A stretch of DNA of 64,000 bases. Source: an uncultured bacterium. Lineage in GTDB: Bacteria; Spirochaetota; B62-G9; DRHN01. The stretch covers positions 17,751 to 81,750 of the forward strand of contig CBFDDP010000001.1 of the NCBI GenBank assembly GCA_965603595.1, written 5' to 3'. Both the position numbers and the translations under genes were made by a program. The notes beneath the pieces are model-generated. The model was not told the DNA's origin and did no database searches. It saw only the letters and a program-made list of their open reading frames with translations. Within the stretch, counting starts at the first letter, position 1, and every line of letters starts with the position of its first letter. This document shows positions 39,723 through 50,274 of this stretch, piece after piece.

Positions 39723-39932
39723 ATGAAGGAGAAGAGATCTGATAAAGATCGAAGGGGTGTTAATGACCGGCGGAATGGGGAGGACGGACGTTCGGGTCTT
39801 GACAGAAGGGTAGAAAACGTTGCTGTCGAGCTCGATCTACGCTGTTCTTCCAATCGAAGATCGGGTAGCGAAAGAAGAACGAATCGGGAAAGGCGTATAC
39901 AGACGGACAGGAGGAAGGTGAAAACTGTCTAA
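39723..39932 (+). CDS. small (69 aa) highly basic protein with repeated DRR/ERR motifs (hypothetical)
   Basis: RBS GGGGAGAG 8 nt upstream of the ATG at 39723. Sequence MKEKRSDKDRRGVNDRRNGEDGRSGLDRRVEN ... SNRRSGSERRTNRERRIQTDRRKV. The ORF-track form (85 aa, from 39675) has no RBS. Confidence 0.35.
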   Translation: MKEKRSDKDRRGVNDRRNGEDGRSGLDRRVENVAVELDLRCSSNRRSGSERRTNRERRIQTDRRKVKTV

Positions 39933-40221
39933 TCCTTATTCTATGTTCATTGGATTGAACCTACCCGACTCTACCTTGAACACGAACTCATCCCCTCTGT
40001 AGCATGAGTAAACTATTGAAAGAAATAGTAAATACAGGTATGAATTGATTTTCACCGAAATGGAAACAAGGTCAAGGCAAAAATCAAAGAAGATTTTTTT
40101 CCGAGAATTGCTGTCAGAGAAGGCTGCCAGATATGTACACATCGGTACAACAGTGACACTGCATCCTATATCACAAAGTCCGGCATACCATGAGATAACA
40201 ATGTCTACTTTTCTGCACAAG

Positions 40222-41652
40222 TTAGAACTTGTATTCGAAACGTATCTCTAGAAAATCCTTATCATCGAACTGGCCGAAGTAGGTCTCGGCGTCACCGCCG
40301 TACTCCAGGTACATGACCGACATGACCATGTCATCACGAAGAGAGAACTCGATCTCAGGCCAGATGATATAATCTCCCTTTTCGATCGTATACGCCACGG
40401 ACACGACCGGCCTTATCTTATCCCGATGATAGCTGTCACGCAGCGCCAGTATCAGTATGTCATCGGTATACTTACCTTTCGAATTGTACTCCGTGTCGCC
40501 TGGGCCAATCTTATCGCTGTGCATGATATAGTTTCCCCTGAGTTGAAACTCGAAGTTGAGACTGCTTATGCCCAGGTCCCGATCAAAGCCGAAGAGAAGT
40601 ACCAGGCGATGGTTGTGCACGAGTGGGTCATCGCCGGCCCAGTCCTCCGTGAAGTAATACCCCGCCTCCAGCCAGGTGTTGAAACCCCACAGCACAGTGC
40701 CCAGATCACCGCCCAGAAAATGCACACGGTCCCAGGAGATATAGGCTTTGTTTTCCAGCATGAGCCGCTGATAATTGATGGAGGGTTCCCTGAAATAGCC
40801 GTAGTAGTAGAGCATACCCAGGTCGAGTCGACCAGGTGCCTTGCTCCATCGAGCCGCGAATTGCCCGTATTCCAAGCTATTTGTGATAGGATAAATGATG
40901 TCATCCGCTCCATTGGGCAATGTGTCTATTAATTGCTCGAGATTGTAGGGGACCCAAGGACCTTCTAGCGGAAAGGTATCGGGCGTAAACACCGGTTCAT
41001 AGACCAGCTCGAGCAAAGAACCGCCCGTGAACTTCCAATTGATCTTGAATATGGCCTCTGCTTCCTTCCGGTCCAGGTAGTCCTGGTTTACAAAATCCGT
41101 GTAGTCCATGGGAGTGAGCAGGTCTATAACATGGGTCTCATCCCCCGGTCCCCACACCACCTTCATGTACCCGATCTCCAGGTCAAAGCGTTTGTAGTAA
41201 AGCCGCGCATAGGCCTCATCAATGATATTGTCCAGGTCATTAAAAAGGATGTTCTTGGTAAAATCCAGGGCGAGAAAGAGATCGGAGTTTTTGTTCTGAT
41301 AGAGGAAGTCCAGCGTAACCCAGGGATATACACTGACTGGGCTGTCCTTGAATGAGTCTTTATTCGCATAGTAACGGGTATCGAACCTGAATCTGCCGCC
41401 TATGTTGAGCTTCTGTTCTTTATCTGACCCTGTATCGAATGAGGACAACCCCTCTCCTTCATCCTCAGCGATGATCTCGTCGATGTCGCCAAAATTGGAG
41501 AAATCATCGCCCCCCGCACCCTCATCAAACTCACCCTCACTATCCCCTGTGCCGGTTTCCCCTTCAGCGAAATCCTCCTGCGTCATTCCCGTTGACACGA
41601 AGAACAGGAGCAAGAAGAATGCAATGGCGGCCACTGTTGGTATCCTCTTCAT
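40222..41652 (-). CDS. predicted outer-membrane beta-barrel protein with N-terminal acidic low-complexity region
   Basis: Signal peptide MKRIPTVAAIAFFLLLFFVSTGMTQ. D/E/G-rich stretch (res ~26-75). Y/W/F-rich body ending ..RFEYKF. Confidence 0.6.
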   Translation of the reverse strand: MKRIPTVAAIAFFLLLFFVSTGMTQEDFAEGETGTGDSEGEFDEGAGGDDFSNFGDIDEIIAEDEGEGLSSFDTGSDKEQKLNIGGRFRFDTRYYANKDSFKDSPVSVYPWVTLDFLYQNKNSDLFLALDFTKNILFNDLDNIIDEAYARLYYKRFDLEIGYMKVVWGPGDETHVIDLLTPMDYTDFVNQDYLDRKEAEAIFKINWKFTGGSLLELVYEPVFTPDTFPLEGPWVPYNLEQLIDTLPNGADDIIYPITNSLEYGQFAARWSKAPGRLDLGMLYYYGYFREPSINYQRLMLENKAYISWDRVHFLGGDLGTVLWGFNTWLEAGYYFTEDWAGDDPLVHNHRLVLLFGFDRDLGISSLNFEFQLRGNYIMHSDKIGPGDTEYNSKGKYTDDILILALRDSYHRDKIRPVVSVAYTIEKGDYIIWPEIEFSLRDDMVMSVMYLEYGGDAETYFGQFDDKDFLEIRFEYKF

Positions 41653-41689
41653 GATAAGACCCTCGCCGAATTTTTTTAGTGCGCCCCTG

Positions 41690-42487
41690 TTACGGCCTTC
41701 CCGTTTTCAGAAACTGTGTGGTAAAAAACCCTTCATTCACAGCCTCATCATATGCAAGCTTCTTGAACTCGAGTGAAGTTCTGTGCTCAGTCTTCATATT
41801 CTTCATCTCCGAGTAGAGCGCAGTCCAGTAGCCCTGTACCTGCTTGAGGCTCTTCGACACACCCACCTTCTCGAGCTCACCCCTCTTATTATACAGCTCA
41901 ACCTTGATAGGCACCCATATATCCCTGGGGACCCAGCGCAGCAGGTATGCGTAGTCGGAATCGGAAGGATCTTTTGCCCACATCTTTATGACATAACAGT
42001 CATACCCATCGAGTTTCTCCTCCCGTAAAACCTCGTAGTGATACTTCTCCACCTTGCGTCTCTTCATGTCATCATAAGAAAAATCTGTACCCATAAAGGA
42101 CTTGCCCCCCTCCTGGGCAGCAATCCTCCTCACCTTCTTCAGTGCCGGAAGATAAATCCACTGATCGTCGTCGCGGTCACCGTACTCGACCTGCAGGAAA
42201 CGTGTACCCTTGATCGATGCCGGTGCGTGAAACACGACCACGTTCTTCTCCAGCTCGCCGTCATACTTGTACGACCACTGCTCCACGTATCGCGTGCTTA
42301 TGGTTCCGTCTTTATCGATAAGGTCCATCTTGACCAGAGAGTGCATGGTCCGCTGCGTTTCGCTGTTGTAGACCTCCCAGGCAATCTCTTCAGCAGTCAG
42401 GGCATAGAGGCTTTGAAGGCCAACGGAAGACTGCAAACAAAATAGCAGCGCTGATGTAATAAGTGTGACAAGGATTACCCGCCTCAT
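41690..42487 (-). CDS. LolA-like outer-membrane lipoprotein-sorting family protein (periplasmic partner frequently encoded with MMPL exporters)
   Basis: Signal peptide. ~265 aa. Located immediately downstream of the MMPL gene. Assignment is by architecture and context rather than a sharp motif. Confidence 0.5.
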   Translation of the reverse strand: MRRVILVTLITSALLFCLQSSVGLQSLYALTAEEIAWEVYNSETQRTMHSLVKMDLIDKDGTISTRYVEQWSYKYDGELEKNVVVFHAPASIKGTRFLQVEYGDRDDDQWIYLPALKKVRRIAAQEGGKSFMGTDFSYDDMKRRKVEKYHYEVLREEKLDGYDCYVIKMWAKDPSDSDYAYLLRWVPRDIWVPIKVELYNKRGELEKVGVSKSLKQVQGYWTALYSEMKNMKTEHRTSLEFKKLAYDEAVNEGFFTTQFLKTGRP

Positions 42488-42538
42488 ATCCTTTCCTCCA
42501 AACTCCCAAAATATTTCGCTCTAAAGTTCAAACCCCTT

Positions 42539-45184
42539 CTATTTCAATAAAAACTTTGGCTTTAGCATGTTCAGCAATACAGGAAGTACGGTCATTGCGG
42601 CAAGGGACGTGGTTATCATGGTGAGTGCAATGAGAAGCCCTGCCGTGGCAATGGGTATGAAATTCGAGAACATGAGTACCGCGAATCCCGCACCAACGGT
42701 GATCGCATTGATGATAATCGCCTTGCCCGTTGTGAAGAGTGTGTTCTTCGTGACCCTGCTCAGGTTATCCGTATTTTTCCGCTCACGATAGTAGCGCGAG
42801 AGAAAGTGAATCGAGTAGTCTATGCCGATGCCGATTGCAACAGAGGCGACCAGTGAGGTAACGATATCGAGTAGATACCCGGCAAATCCCATAACACCGA
42901 ATATGATGATGATCGCAACGGACAGCGGAATGATCCCGTATAGCCCGGCGACTGCCGATCTGAATGATACCGCGATGATGATGAATACGACCACCAGTGC
43001 GACGAATATACTCATGATCTGTGAGCGAACTATAAGATCGGTAAATGCCGCCTCGATATCCGCATGACCCGCGATCTCCACTTCATAACCCTCTGGAAAC
43101 CGCTCATCCACATACCGCATAATGTCCCTGGTTATCTCTTTGGTGAAGTGATTGCCCGTTGTCGTGAGTTGCACATGCATACGCGCCTGCGAGGGTTCGA
43201 GTGCATCATCGGTAAAATCGTCCAGGTTGCCCGAGAAGAGAAGCAGATACTGGGTTATGAGGTTCTGGAGCTCCTCTCTGCTCGAGACCGGGTATTTTTC
43301 AGGATCATAGGGGATTTCATTGTACGCCTCCCCTTCAATATTGAACTCCCGCATGAACAGGCTGATATACTCGTCTGCAGGCAGGTTCATGTCACGGGCG
43401 TCAAGGTACACATCGTTCATGAGTGCGGCAATTTCACTACGGGAAAAATTCACATCGTACTTCACGGGAGGAAAGGTGGAGCCTCCTGCCGGGATCTCAT
43501 CTTCAACCTGATCGGCAAACTCTTCCGTGAAGAAACTCTCGAAGGCTGAATCATCATCGCTTCCCACATCCTCAGAAGCCATGAACTCCTCGGTGAAGAA
43601 GCTTCCCTCCACTCCTCCGTTATCTGCATGTGCGTACTCCTCTTCCGGTTCCGTATAGTTCATGACCTTGTTCATGCGCTTGATATAGTCGGTAAACGAA
43701 ATAACCTTACCCACCTGTACGTATTCGGCCTGCAGGTACAGGCTCAAATCATCCATTGCCTTGAGTATCTCAGGGTTGGTCAGGTCACCACGCTTCTTTC
43801 CCCGTACGACGATGCTGAAATCCTTGGTACCCCCGAAATTCTCACGCAGAAAATCATCGGCATCCCGTATCTCGGTACCCCTGCGAAAGTACTCCACCAT
43901 TGAGTTGTCAATAACGATCCTGGACATGCCGTACACCGAAATCGGCAAAATAATCGCCAAACTCAGAATCACTCCCATCCCGCGTCTTGTCACAATGAAG
44001 TTGTAGAATTTCAAAATGGCAAGGAGCAGGCCCCCCGACTGTTTCCTCTGTGAATGTGCGGCAAGCCGTTCGAAACCCCTTCTCCTTGACAGCAGGAGTG
44101 CAGGGATAAAGGTCAGTGCAACGATCAGTGCAATGAGCACGCCGATGGCGGTAAATATTCCGAAATGGCGCATGGGAAGCACCGAACTCACGGAGAGTGA
44201 TCCAAACCCGGCAATGGTGGTCAGTCCTGCCAGCAATACCGGTTTCCCGACCTTGCGCACTGTGTCGAATACGATCTCCCTGTTTTCATCCGTGCCCGAA
44301 ACCCTGCGCAAATTATCATAGTAGTGACTTATGATGTGAATGCCGTAGGCACTTCCTACTGCAATGAGCAGTACGGGGATCGCCGTGGCCAGCATGGTGA
44401 GTGAGAGACCGATCAATGCCATGAGCCCCACTGTCCAGATCGTACTGATGGACACGGTAATAATGGGGAGCAGCACACCCCCGGTGTTCCTGAAGGAGAG
44501 ATAGAGAAAGATAAACACTACGATGAGTACAAAGGGGATGAGGTTACGGAGGTCGCCCCGTACACTCGTCCCCATGAGCGCAGTCATCACGGGATTCCCG
44601 GCCACATGTGCCCGCAATCCGAACTCCCCACTGTCCTTCACAATCTCCTTTATCTCATAGTAGGCCCGCTCCCAGACCTCCACGTCGAGGTCTAATTCCA
44701 GGGTTGCGATGATCTGAGCTGACTGGAAATCATCGGAGAAGAGAAGTTTCTGGTACGCGTCCCATGAGATGAGTCTTTCTTTCAGTTCCTGGATTTCATC
44801 CTCAGTACCGCCGAATCCGTCCACAATGGGTGTAACCTTCATGCCCTCTTCTGTTCCGGAGATATAGTCTGAATTGGTAAGGGAGTTTACCTCCTGCACA
44901 TATTCAAGGTCTTCAATCTCACCGGTAATCCCATCGAGGTAGGCAATCGCCTCTTTCGTGAAGATGGTTCCATGCTCAGCATGAAAGGCAATAGACACGT
45001 GGTCCTGGCTACCAAAGGTCTCCTCAACCTCATCAAAGGCCAGTCTCGACGGGTACCGCTCAGGTACGAATTTGGTGATGTCGTTATCAATCCTCGTTCG
45101 AGGAAGCTGGAGGCTGAAAAAGAAGGTGCCGGCGAGGATAACGGATATGATGATCCAGGGGTGCCGAAACAGTTTTTGGAGCAT
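42539..45184 (-). CDS. MMPL/RND-superfamily exporter (two 6-TM bundles, each preceded by a large periplasmic loop)
   Basis: 881 aa. N-terminal TM, large soluble domain, TM cluster (res ~200-370), second large soluble domain, second TM cluster (res ~700-870). This is the typical MMPL topology. Confidence 0.8.
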   Translation of the reverse strand: MLQKLFRHPWIIISVILAGTFFFSLQLPRTRIDNDITKFVPERYPSRLAFDEVEETFGSQDHVSIAFHAEHGTIFTKEAIAYLDGITGEIEDLEYVQEVNSLTNSDYISGTEEGMKVTPIVDGFGGTEDEIQELKERLISWDAYQKLLFSDDFQSAQIIATLELDLDVEVWERAYYEIKEIVKDSGEFGLRAHVAGNPVMTALMGTSVRGDLRNLIPFVLIVVFIFLYLSFRNTGGVLLPIITVSISTIWTVGLMALIGLSLTMLATAIPVLLIAVGSAYGIHIISHYYDNLRRVSGTDENREIVFDTVRKVGKPVLLAGLTTIAGFGSLSVSSVLPMRHFGIFTAIGVLIALIVALTFIPALLLSRRRGFERLAAHSQRKQSGGLLLAILKFYNFIVTRRGMGVILSLAIILPISVYGMSRIVIDNSMVEYFRRGTEIRDADDFLRENFGGTKDFSIVVRGKKRGDLTNPEILKAMDDLSLYLQAEYVQVGKVISFTDYIKRMNKVMNYTEPEEEYAHADNGGVEGSFFTEEFMASEDVGSDDDSAFESFFTEEFADQVEDEIPAGGSTFPPVKYDVNFSRSEIAALMNDVYLDARDMNLPADEYISLFMREFNIEGEAYNEIPYDPEKYPVSSREELQNLITQYLLLFSGNLDDFTDDALEPSQARMHVQLTTTGNHFTKEITRDIMRYVDERFPEGYEVEIAGHADIEAAFTDLIVRSQIMSIFVALVVVFIIIAVSFRSAVAGLYGIIPLSVAIIIIFGVMGFAGYLLDIVTSLVASVAIGIGIDYSIHFLSRYYRERKNTDNLSRVTKNTLFTTGKAIIINAITVGAGFAVLMFSNFIPIATAGLLIALTMITTSLAAMTVLPVLLNMLKPKFLLK

Positions 45185-45207
45185 ATGAGTAACTCCCCTG
45201 TGCAGGC

Positions 45208-45837
45208 CTACAGTGACCGGACCATGAGCTCGAGCATGTGCTCGAGCAGCTCCCGGGGCTCATACTGACCACGCTGATTGATGATATCGCCCAAGACCGA
45301 CAGCTGCTTCATGAAGGACGTCACGATATTCGCATACAGGATGGCCATCTTCTCGGGTTCTATGTCGTCCCGTATGGTGCCGTCCTCCTTTCCTTCCTGG
45401 AGTACCTCAATGAGCATGTCGATGATTTCATCGATGATGCGCATACACTGGGCGGCCATGTTGCTCTCTTCCACCTGCGAGGTAATTTTATAATCGATGT
45501 TACTGGCGAATTCAAAGTATTCGGCATAGTCTGTATAGTATTGTGGGATAATCCCGACAATGCGTTTGATCTTCTCAATTCCCGAACCGCCATCCCGAAT
45601 AGCCCCTTCCATCATCCCCTTCAGCATCTTGAAGGACTCGAACATGATTGCATGGGCAAGATCTTCCTTGTTTTTAAAGTAGATGTAGAGGGTACCCTTG
45701 CTCAGTTCGGCGACGCGTGCAATGTCATCCATGGTGGTGTCGTTAAAGCCCTTGGTGAAGAAGACTCCCTTTGCAGCCTCGAGAATCTCTCCGTACCGCT
45801 GCTCGCGCTCACGCTGCCGCCGCTCTTCCGTTCCCAT
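45208..45837 (-). CDS. TetR/AcrR family transcriptional regulator
   Basis: N-terminal HTH (ILEAAKGVFFTKGFNDTTMDDIARVAELSKGTLYIYFKNKEDL). Confidence 0.88.
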   Translation of the reverse strand: MGTEERRQREREQRYGEILEAAKGVFFTKGFNDTTMDDIARVAELSKGTLYIYFKNKEDLAHAIMFESFKMLKGMMEGAIRDGGSGIEKIKRIVGIIPQYYTDYAEYFEFASNIDYKITSQVEESNMAAQCMRIIDEIIDMLIEVLQEGKEDGTIRDDIEPEKMAILYANIVTSFMKQLSVLGDIINQRGQYEPRELLEHMLELMVRSL

Positions 45838-45852
45838 ATTGCTAACCCCGGG

Positions 45853-45881
45853 TTATATTATGACTGCAAGTCATAATATAA
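45853..45881. promoter_or_regulatory. perfect 13-bp inverted repeat TTATATTATGACT-gca-AGTCATAATATAA: candidate TetR operator
   Basis: Read directly ~15 bp upstream of the tetR start codon, the classic position for an autoregulatory TetR operator. Confidence 0.6.
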
Positions 45882-46045
45882 CTATAATTCATTATAAAAA
45901 TATGTCAAGCAATTATGAAAAACAGAAAAGAGGACAGCTCACTTTTCGAAAAAAGGTGACAGCTCACGTAATTCAATCATGAGAAGGGATATTACCCACC
46001 CCTATTGAAGAGGAACAAAGGGGGATTGCCGATATGACCATTGGT

Positions 46046-46708
46046 TTATGGTATGGATGTTCGATCCTGCTGCGTACTCTGTTCGGCCCGCTTGGCAGCG
46101 AGCATGTCCTTCACCTTCATGAGGCGGGTCAAATTTGCCCGTTCCATCTCTGCGAGCTTCATGGTGATATACTTGATGGTGTCGATTATGTTGGGGACGA
46201 TTATATACTCGAGCGCGTTGACCCGCCTGCGGGTCTTCTCGATCTCTTCGGCAAGGAGAATGGAAGCCTTCTCGAGCTCCGCGAGCTTGAGAAGGGTCTG
46301 CAGCATCTCACCGTACTTTCGAACGCTCCGGTCCACGAGCACCGAGCTCCGGGCATCGCCGTAATCGAAGGGGTCACCGATGATCTCCACCTCGAATTCA
46401 GGGACCTTGAGGTTCATGATCTGCTTGGTCCTGGACTTCACATCCGTGTGCGCACCTGGCATGGAGAAGAGGCTTTCTATACTGGCACCGCCCACAACAC
46501 CCTCGGCAAGGGAGAAGCTCTGATACACGGCCTGAATATCCCTGTCAGCCTGTATACGGAGTTCCTTTGTGTCCTCAATAATTTCCAGGAAGTTCCGTAC
46601 GAGCTCGTCCTGCTTGTCCTTGAGAAGCTTGTGGCCCTTCTGGGCAAGCACGAGCCGCTTCTTCAACCGCTGCAGCTCCTGCCTCGTGGGGTTGATAGCA
46701 AGAATCAT
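46046..46708 (-). CDS. atpD: V/A-type ATP synthase subunit D. Start MILAINPTRQ at 46708 with RBS GAGAGGG; the ORF-track 5' extension to 46894 is probably spurious.
   Basis: Subunit D N-terminus and coiled-coil. Last gene of the operon. Confidence 0.8.
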   Translation of the reverse strand: MILAINPTRQELQRLKKRLVLAQKGHKLLKDKQDELVRNFLEIIEDTKELRIQADRDIQAVYQSFSLAEGVVGGASIESLFSMPGAHTDVKSRTKQIMNLKVPEFEVEIIGDPFDYGDARSSVLVDRSVRKYGEMLQTLLKLAELEKASILLAEEIEKTRRRVNALEYIIVPNIIDTIKYITMKLAEMERANLTRLMKVKDMLAAKRAEQSTQQDRTSIP

Positions 46709-46790
46709 GAAACCCTCTCTGATATCGGGGATACATAACGTAACTTTTATAAGTACGGTGTCCCCGTAATTAAGTGAGCTGTCACCATAA

Positions 46791-48179
46791 TTACTGGGCC
46801 GCTTTTTTGAAGCGGGGTAGATACTTATCCAGAAACTCGGGACGAATACGCTTGAGCTCCACCGTGGGCAGCACGGAGAGAAGCTCCCACCCAAGGTTCA
46901 ATGTGAATTCAATGTCCCGGTCTTCCATCTCCCCCTGCGCAATGTACTTGCGCTCGAAATTCTCTGCAAAATTGTAGAATATGCGGTCGATATCCGACAA
47001 CGCAGCCTCGCCGAGTATAACTTCGAGCTCCCGTGCCTCGAGACCCCGCGCATAGGCGGCAAAGAGCTGGTTAAACACATCTGCGTGGTCCTCACGGGTT
47101 TTTCCCTCTCCGATTCCCTTGTCCTTGAGTCTGGACAGGGACTGCAGTACGTCCACCGGCGGGTAGATGCCGCGGCGGTGCAGTGCCCTTGAAAACACGA
47201 TCTGTCCCTCTGTGATATAGCCAGTCAAGTCTGGGATGGGATGGGTCTTGTCGTCCTCCGGCATGGTCAGCACCGGGATCTGGGTGATGGACCCGGGTTT
47301 GCCCTTGATACGCCCCGCCCTCTCATATATGCTTGCCAGGTCGGTGTACAGGTAGCCGGGGTATCCCCGTCGTCCCGGGACCTCCTGGCGTGCCGCCGAC
47401 ACCTCGCGCAGTGCCTCGCAGTAGTTGGTCATGTCCGTGAGGATGACGAGCACGTGCATGTCTTTCTCGAATGCCAGATACTCCGCAGCCGTGAGAGCAA
47501 GCCGCGGGGTTGCTAACCGCTCGACGGCCGGGTCGTCAGCAAGGTTGATGAAAAGCACTGTACGCTCTATGGCCCCGGTGCGCTGAAAGTCATTTCTGAA
47601 AAACTGTGCCTCTTCGAAGGTGATGCCCATGGCCGCAAACACCACGGCAAACTCCCCCTCGGTTCCAAGCACCTTCGCCTGACGCGCAATCTGCGCAGCC
47701 ATCCGGGCATGGGGCAGGCCGGTCACCGAAAAGATGGGAAGCTTCTGCCCGCGCACCAGAGTGTTGAGACCGTCAATGGTCGAAAATCCGGTCTGTATGA
47801 ACTCGGAAGGATAGTCGCGCGCATAGGGGTTGATGGGCGAGGAGTTGATGTCGAGCCTTTTCTCGGGAATGATCCTGGGGCCATCGTCGATGGGGCGCCC
47901 CTGTCCGTCAAACACCCTGCCGAGTATGTCGTCGGACACGTCGAGCTCCATACCCTTACCCTTGAAGCGCACCTTGGTGTTGAATACATTGACCCCCACC
48001 ACGCCTTCAAAGAGCTGAATGAGCGCCAGGTCCCTGTTTACCTCCAGCACGCGCCCGTTCCTGATCTCACCACTCGGCAGTTCGATCTCAACGAGCTCCT
48101 CATACTTGACGCCCTCCACCTCCTCGACAAGCATGAGCGGACCGGCAACTTCTCTGATGGTACTGTACTCTTTTATCAT
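46791..48179 (-). CDS. atpB: V/A-type ATP synthase subunit B
   Basis: 462 aa, regulatory B-subunit signature throughout. Confidence 0.9.
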   Translation of the reverse strand: MIKEYSTIREVAGPLMLVEEVEGVKYEELVEIELPSGEIRNGRVLEVNRDLALIQLFEGVVGVNVFNTKVRFKGKGMELDVSDDILGRVFDGQGRPIDDGPRIIPEKRLDINSSPINPYARDYPSEFIQTGFSTIDGLNTLVRGQKLPIFSVTGLPHARMAAQIARQAKVLGTEGEFAVVFAAMGITFEEAQFFRNDFQRTGAIERTVLFINLADDPAVERLATPRLALTAAEYLAFEKDMHVLVILTDMTNYCEALREVSAARQEVPGRRGYPGYLYTDLASIYERAGRIKGKPGSITQIPVLTMPEDDKTHPIPDLTGYITEGQIVFSRALHRRGIYPPVDVLQSLSRLKDKGIGEGKTREDHADVFNQLFAAYARGLEARELEVILGEAALSDIDRIFYNFAENFERKYIAQGEMEDRDIEFTLNLGWELLSVLPTVELKRIRPEFLDKYLPRFKKAAQ

Positions 48180-49952
48180 TTACGCCTCCTGGGCCACCTT
48201 CTCCTTGAGTCCCTTGTAACCCTTCTGGATCTCATCCTTAATCTTGTCGATATCCCCCACCTTGTCCTCGTGGATGAACTTCGCGCGTGCAATGGTTTCC
48301 CTTACGGGCAGAGCTGCAATATCATGAATATTCACACCCTGCTCCAGTGCGTCCTTGCCGAGCTGATGGAAGAACTTAATGAGCTCCATCAACTTCGACA
48401 TCTTCTGAAAGGAAGTGTAGGTATCGATCTCGTGAAATGCGTTCTGATGGAGAAAATCCTCGCGTATGGAGCGCGCCGTTTCCATGATGAGGCGGTTGTC
48501 CGATGAGAGAGCGTCGAGACCCACAAGGCGCACGATCTCCTCGAGCTCCGCTTCCTGCTGCAGAATGGACATGGCATCGTCGATGGATTGCACCCACTCC
48601 TCACCATACTGTTTCAGGAAAAAGTCCCGCAGGTTTGTGTTGTAGAGCGAGTAGCTTGTAAGCCAGCTGATAGCCGGGAAGTGCCTCCTGTATGCGAGCT
48701 TGTCCTCCAGGCTCCAGAACACCCTTACCACACGCAGTGTGGCCTGAACGACCGGGTCCGACAGGTCGCCGCCCGGGGGCGATACCGCACCAATCGCGCT
48801 CAGGGCTCCAATCCGCTCGTCAGAGCCGAGACACACCACCTTGCCTGCACGCTCGTAGAACTCCGCGATACGTGTACCCAGATAGGCCGGATACCCCTCC
48901 TCACCGGGCATCTCCTCGAGACGTCCTGACATTTCACGCATGGCCTCGGCCCACCGTGACGTGGAATCAGCCATGAGCGCCACCGAGTAGCCCATGTCCC
49001 GAAAGTACTCGGCGATGGTGATACCCGTGTACACCGAAGCCTCGCGAGCCGCCACCGGCATGTTTGAGGTATTGGCAATGAGTATGGTCCGCTTCATGAG
49101 CGGCTCCCCTGTATGGGGGTCGATGAGTTCGGGAAACTCGAGAAGCACATCGGTCATCTCATTGCCGCGCTCGCCGCATCCCACGTACACGATGATCTGT
49201 GCATCGGCATACTTGGCAAGCTGATGCTGCACCACCGTCTTCCCGCTGCCGAAGGGCCCCGGAACACAGGCCGTACCCCCCTTGCTGATGGGGAAGAAGG
49301 CGTCGATGACCCGCTGGCCCGTAGAGAGGGGCTCATCGGGGTCGAGCTTTCGTTTGTAGGGACGAGCAAGCCTGACCGGCCATTTCTGCATCATGGTAAT
49401 ATCCACGTCGCCCTTTTCAGTACTGATGACTGCGACCTTGTCGGTGATGTTAAACTCCCCGGCATCTATCTTCTTCACCCTACCGCTCACCCCGGGGGGA
49501 ACCATGATGCGGTGCTTGACAAGAATGGTCTCATCCACCGTACCGAGTATGTCCCCCTCAGCTACAACATCACCGGACTTCACGCCGGGATCGAATTTCC
49601 ACTTCTTTTCCCTGTTCAGGCCGGGGATGTCGATGCCCCTGGTAATAAAGTCACCCGCCTGCTCTCTGATAATGTCGAGCGGTCGCTGCACGCCGTCGTA
49701 TATGGATTCTATGAGCCCGGGACCCAGCTCGACTGAAAGAGGCACACCGGTAGGATATACCGGCTCGCCCACACCGAGCCCGCCCGTCTCCTCATAGACC
49801 TGGATGGAAGCCTCGTCGCGTCGCATCTCGATGACCTCACCCATGAGGCGGTGTTCACTGACCCGTACCACGTCATAGATCTTTGCACTGCGTATATTGG
49901 ATGCAATGACAAGCGGTCCGGCTACCTTGACGATCTTGCCAACTTCCTCCAT
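48180..49952 (-). CDS. atpA: V/A-type ATP synthase catalytic subunit A
   Basis: Walker A GPFGSGKT. 590 aa with the non-homologous insert typical of A subunits. Confidence 0.92.
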   Translation of the reverse strand: MEEVGKIVKVAGPLVIASNIRSAKIYDVVRVSEHRLMGEVIEMRRDEASIQVYEETGGLGVGEPVYPTGVPLSVELGPGLIESIYDGVQRPLDIIREQAGDFITRGIDIPGLNREKKWKFDPGVKSGDVVAEGDILGTVDETILVKHRIMVPPGVSGRVKKIDAGEFNITDKVAVISTEKGDVDITMMQKWPVRLARPYKRKLDPDEPLSTGQRVIDAFFPISKGGTACVPGPFGSGKTVVQHQLAKYADAQIIVYVGCGERGNEMTDVLLEFPELIDPHTGEPLMKRTILIANTSNMPVAAREASVYTGITIAEYFRDMGYSVALMADSTSRWAEAMREMSGRLEEMPGEEGYPAYLGTRIAEFYERAGKVVCLGSDERIGALSAIGAVSPPGGDLSDPVVQATLRVVRVFWSLEDKLAYRRHFPAISWLTSYSLYNTNLRDFFLKQYGEEWVQSIDDAMSILQQEAELEEIVRLVGLDALSSDNRLIMETARSIREDFLHQNAFHEIDTYTSFQKMSKLMELIKFFHQLGKDALEQGVNIHDIAALPVRETIARAKFIHEDKVGDIDKIKDEIQKGYKGLKEKVAQEA

Positions 49953-49953
49953 C

Positions 49954-50274
49954 CTAATTCTCCTTTAATAGGTCTGTACCAATTGCCTTGATGACAAGGC
50001 TTCTCAGCCGATCGAAGGCCGCACTGGAGGTTTCCCCGAGCCCGCTGATGGTCAGCACCACGGGAAAATCCTTCTTCCAGAGGGCCTGTATCTGTTCCCT
50101 GAGCTTTACCGCCACTGTTTCGGTGATCAGAATGAGCTTGTATTCCTTTCTGACAATCGACCTGAACCAGTCTTCGGTGTCTTCACCACTCTCATGGGAC
50201 AGGTACACGTCGACACCAAAGGGCCTGAAACCGATGACGTTTCTCTCCTCGCCTACCACTGCAATATTAGCCAT
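49954..50274 (-). CDS. atpF: V/A-type ATP synthase subunit F
   Basis: 106 aa with position and size of subunit F ([22 protein letters not shown]). Confidence 0.75.
   Translation of the reverse strand: MANIAVVGEERNVIGFRPFGVDVYLSHESGEDTEDWFRSIVRKEYKLILITETVAVKLREQIQALWKKDFPVVLTISGLGETSSAAFDRLRSLVIKAIGTDLLKEN

Noticed and set aside
39936-40220. 94-aa minus-strand ORF between the Arg-rich ORF and the OMP gene
   Set aside because: No RBS. Cys/Leu/Phe-rich nonsense-like sequence. Region better interpreted as non-coding.
45930-45970. Direct repeats GACAGCTCAC x2 and a hairpin-like CACTTTTCGAAAAAAGGTG downstream of atpD: possible terminator
   Set aside because: Stem is imperfect and short, and the T-tract orientation is ambiguous. 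Could not be supported with confidence.
46034-46738. 234-aa plus-strand ORF antisense to V-ATPase subunit D
   Set aside because: Antisense artefact. The sense strand encodes a recognisable D subunit with an RBS.
47709-49736. Several 200-265-aa plus-strand ORFs across the V-ATPase A/B genes
   Set aside because: Antisense to highly conserved catalytic subunits (Walker A present on the minus strand). Composition typical of shadow ORFs.
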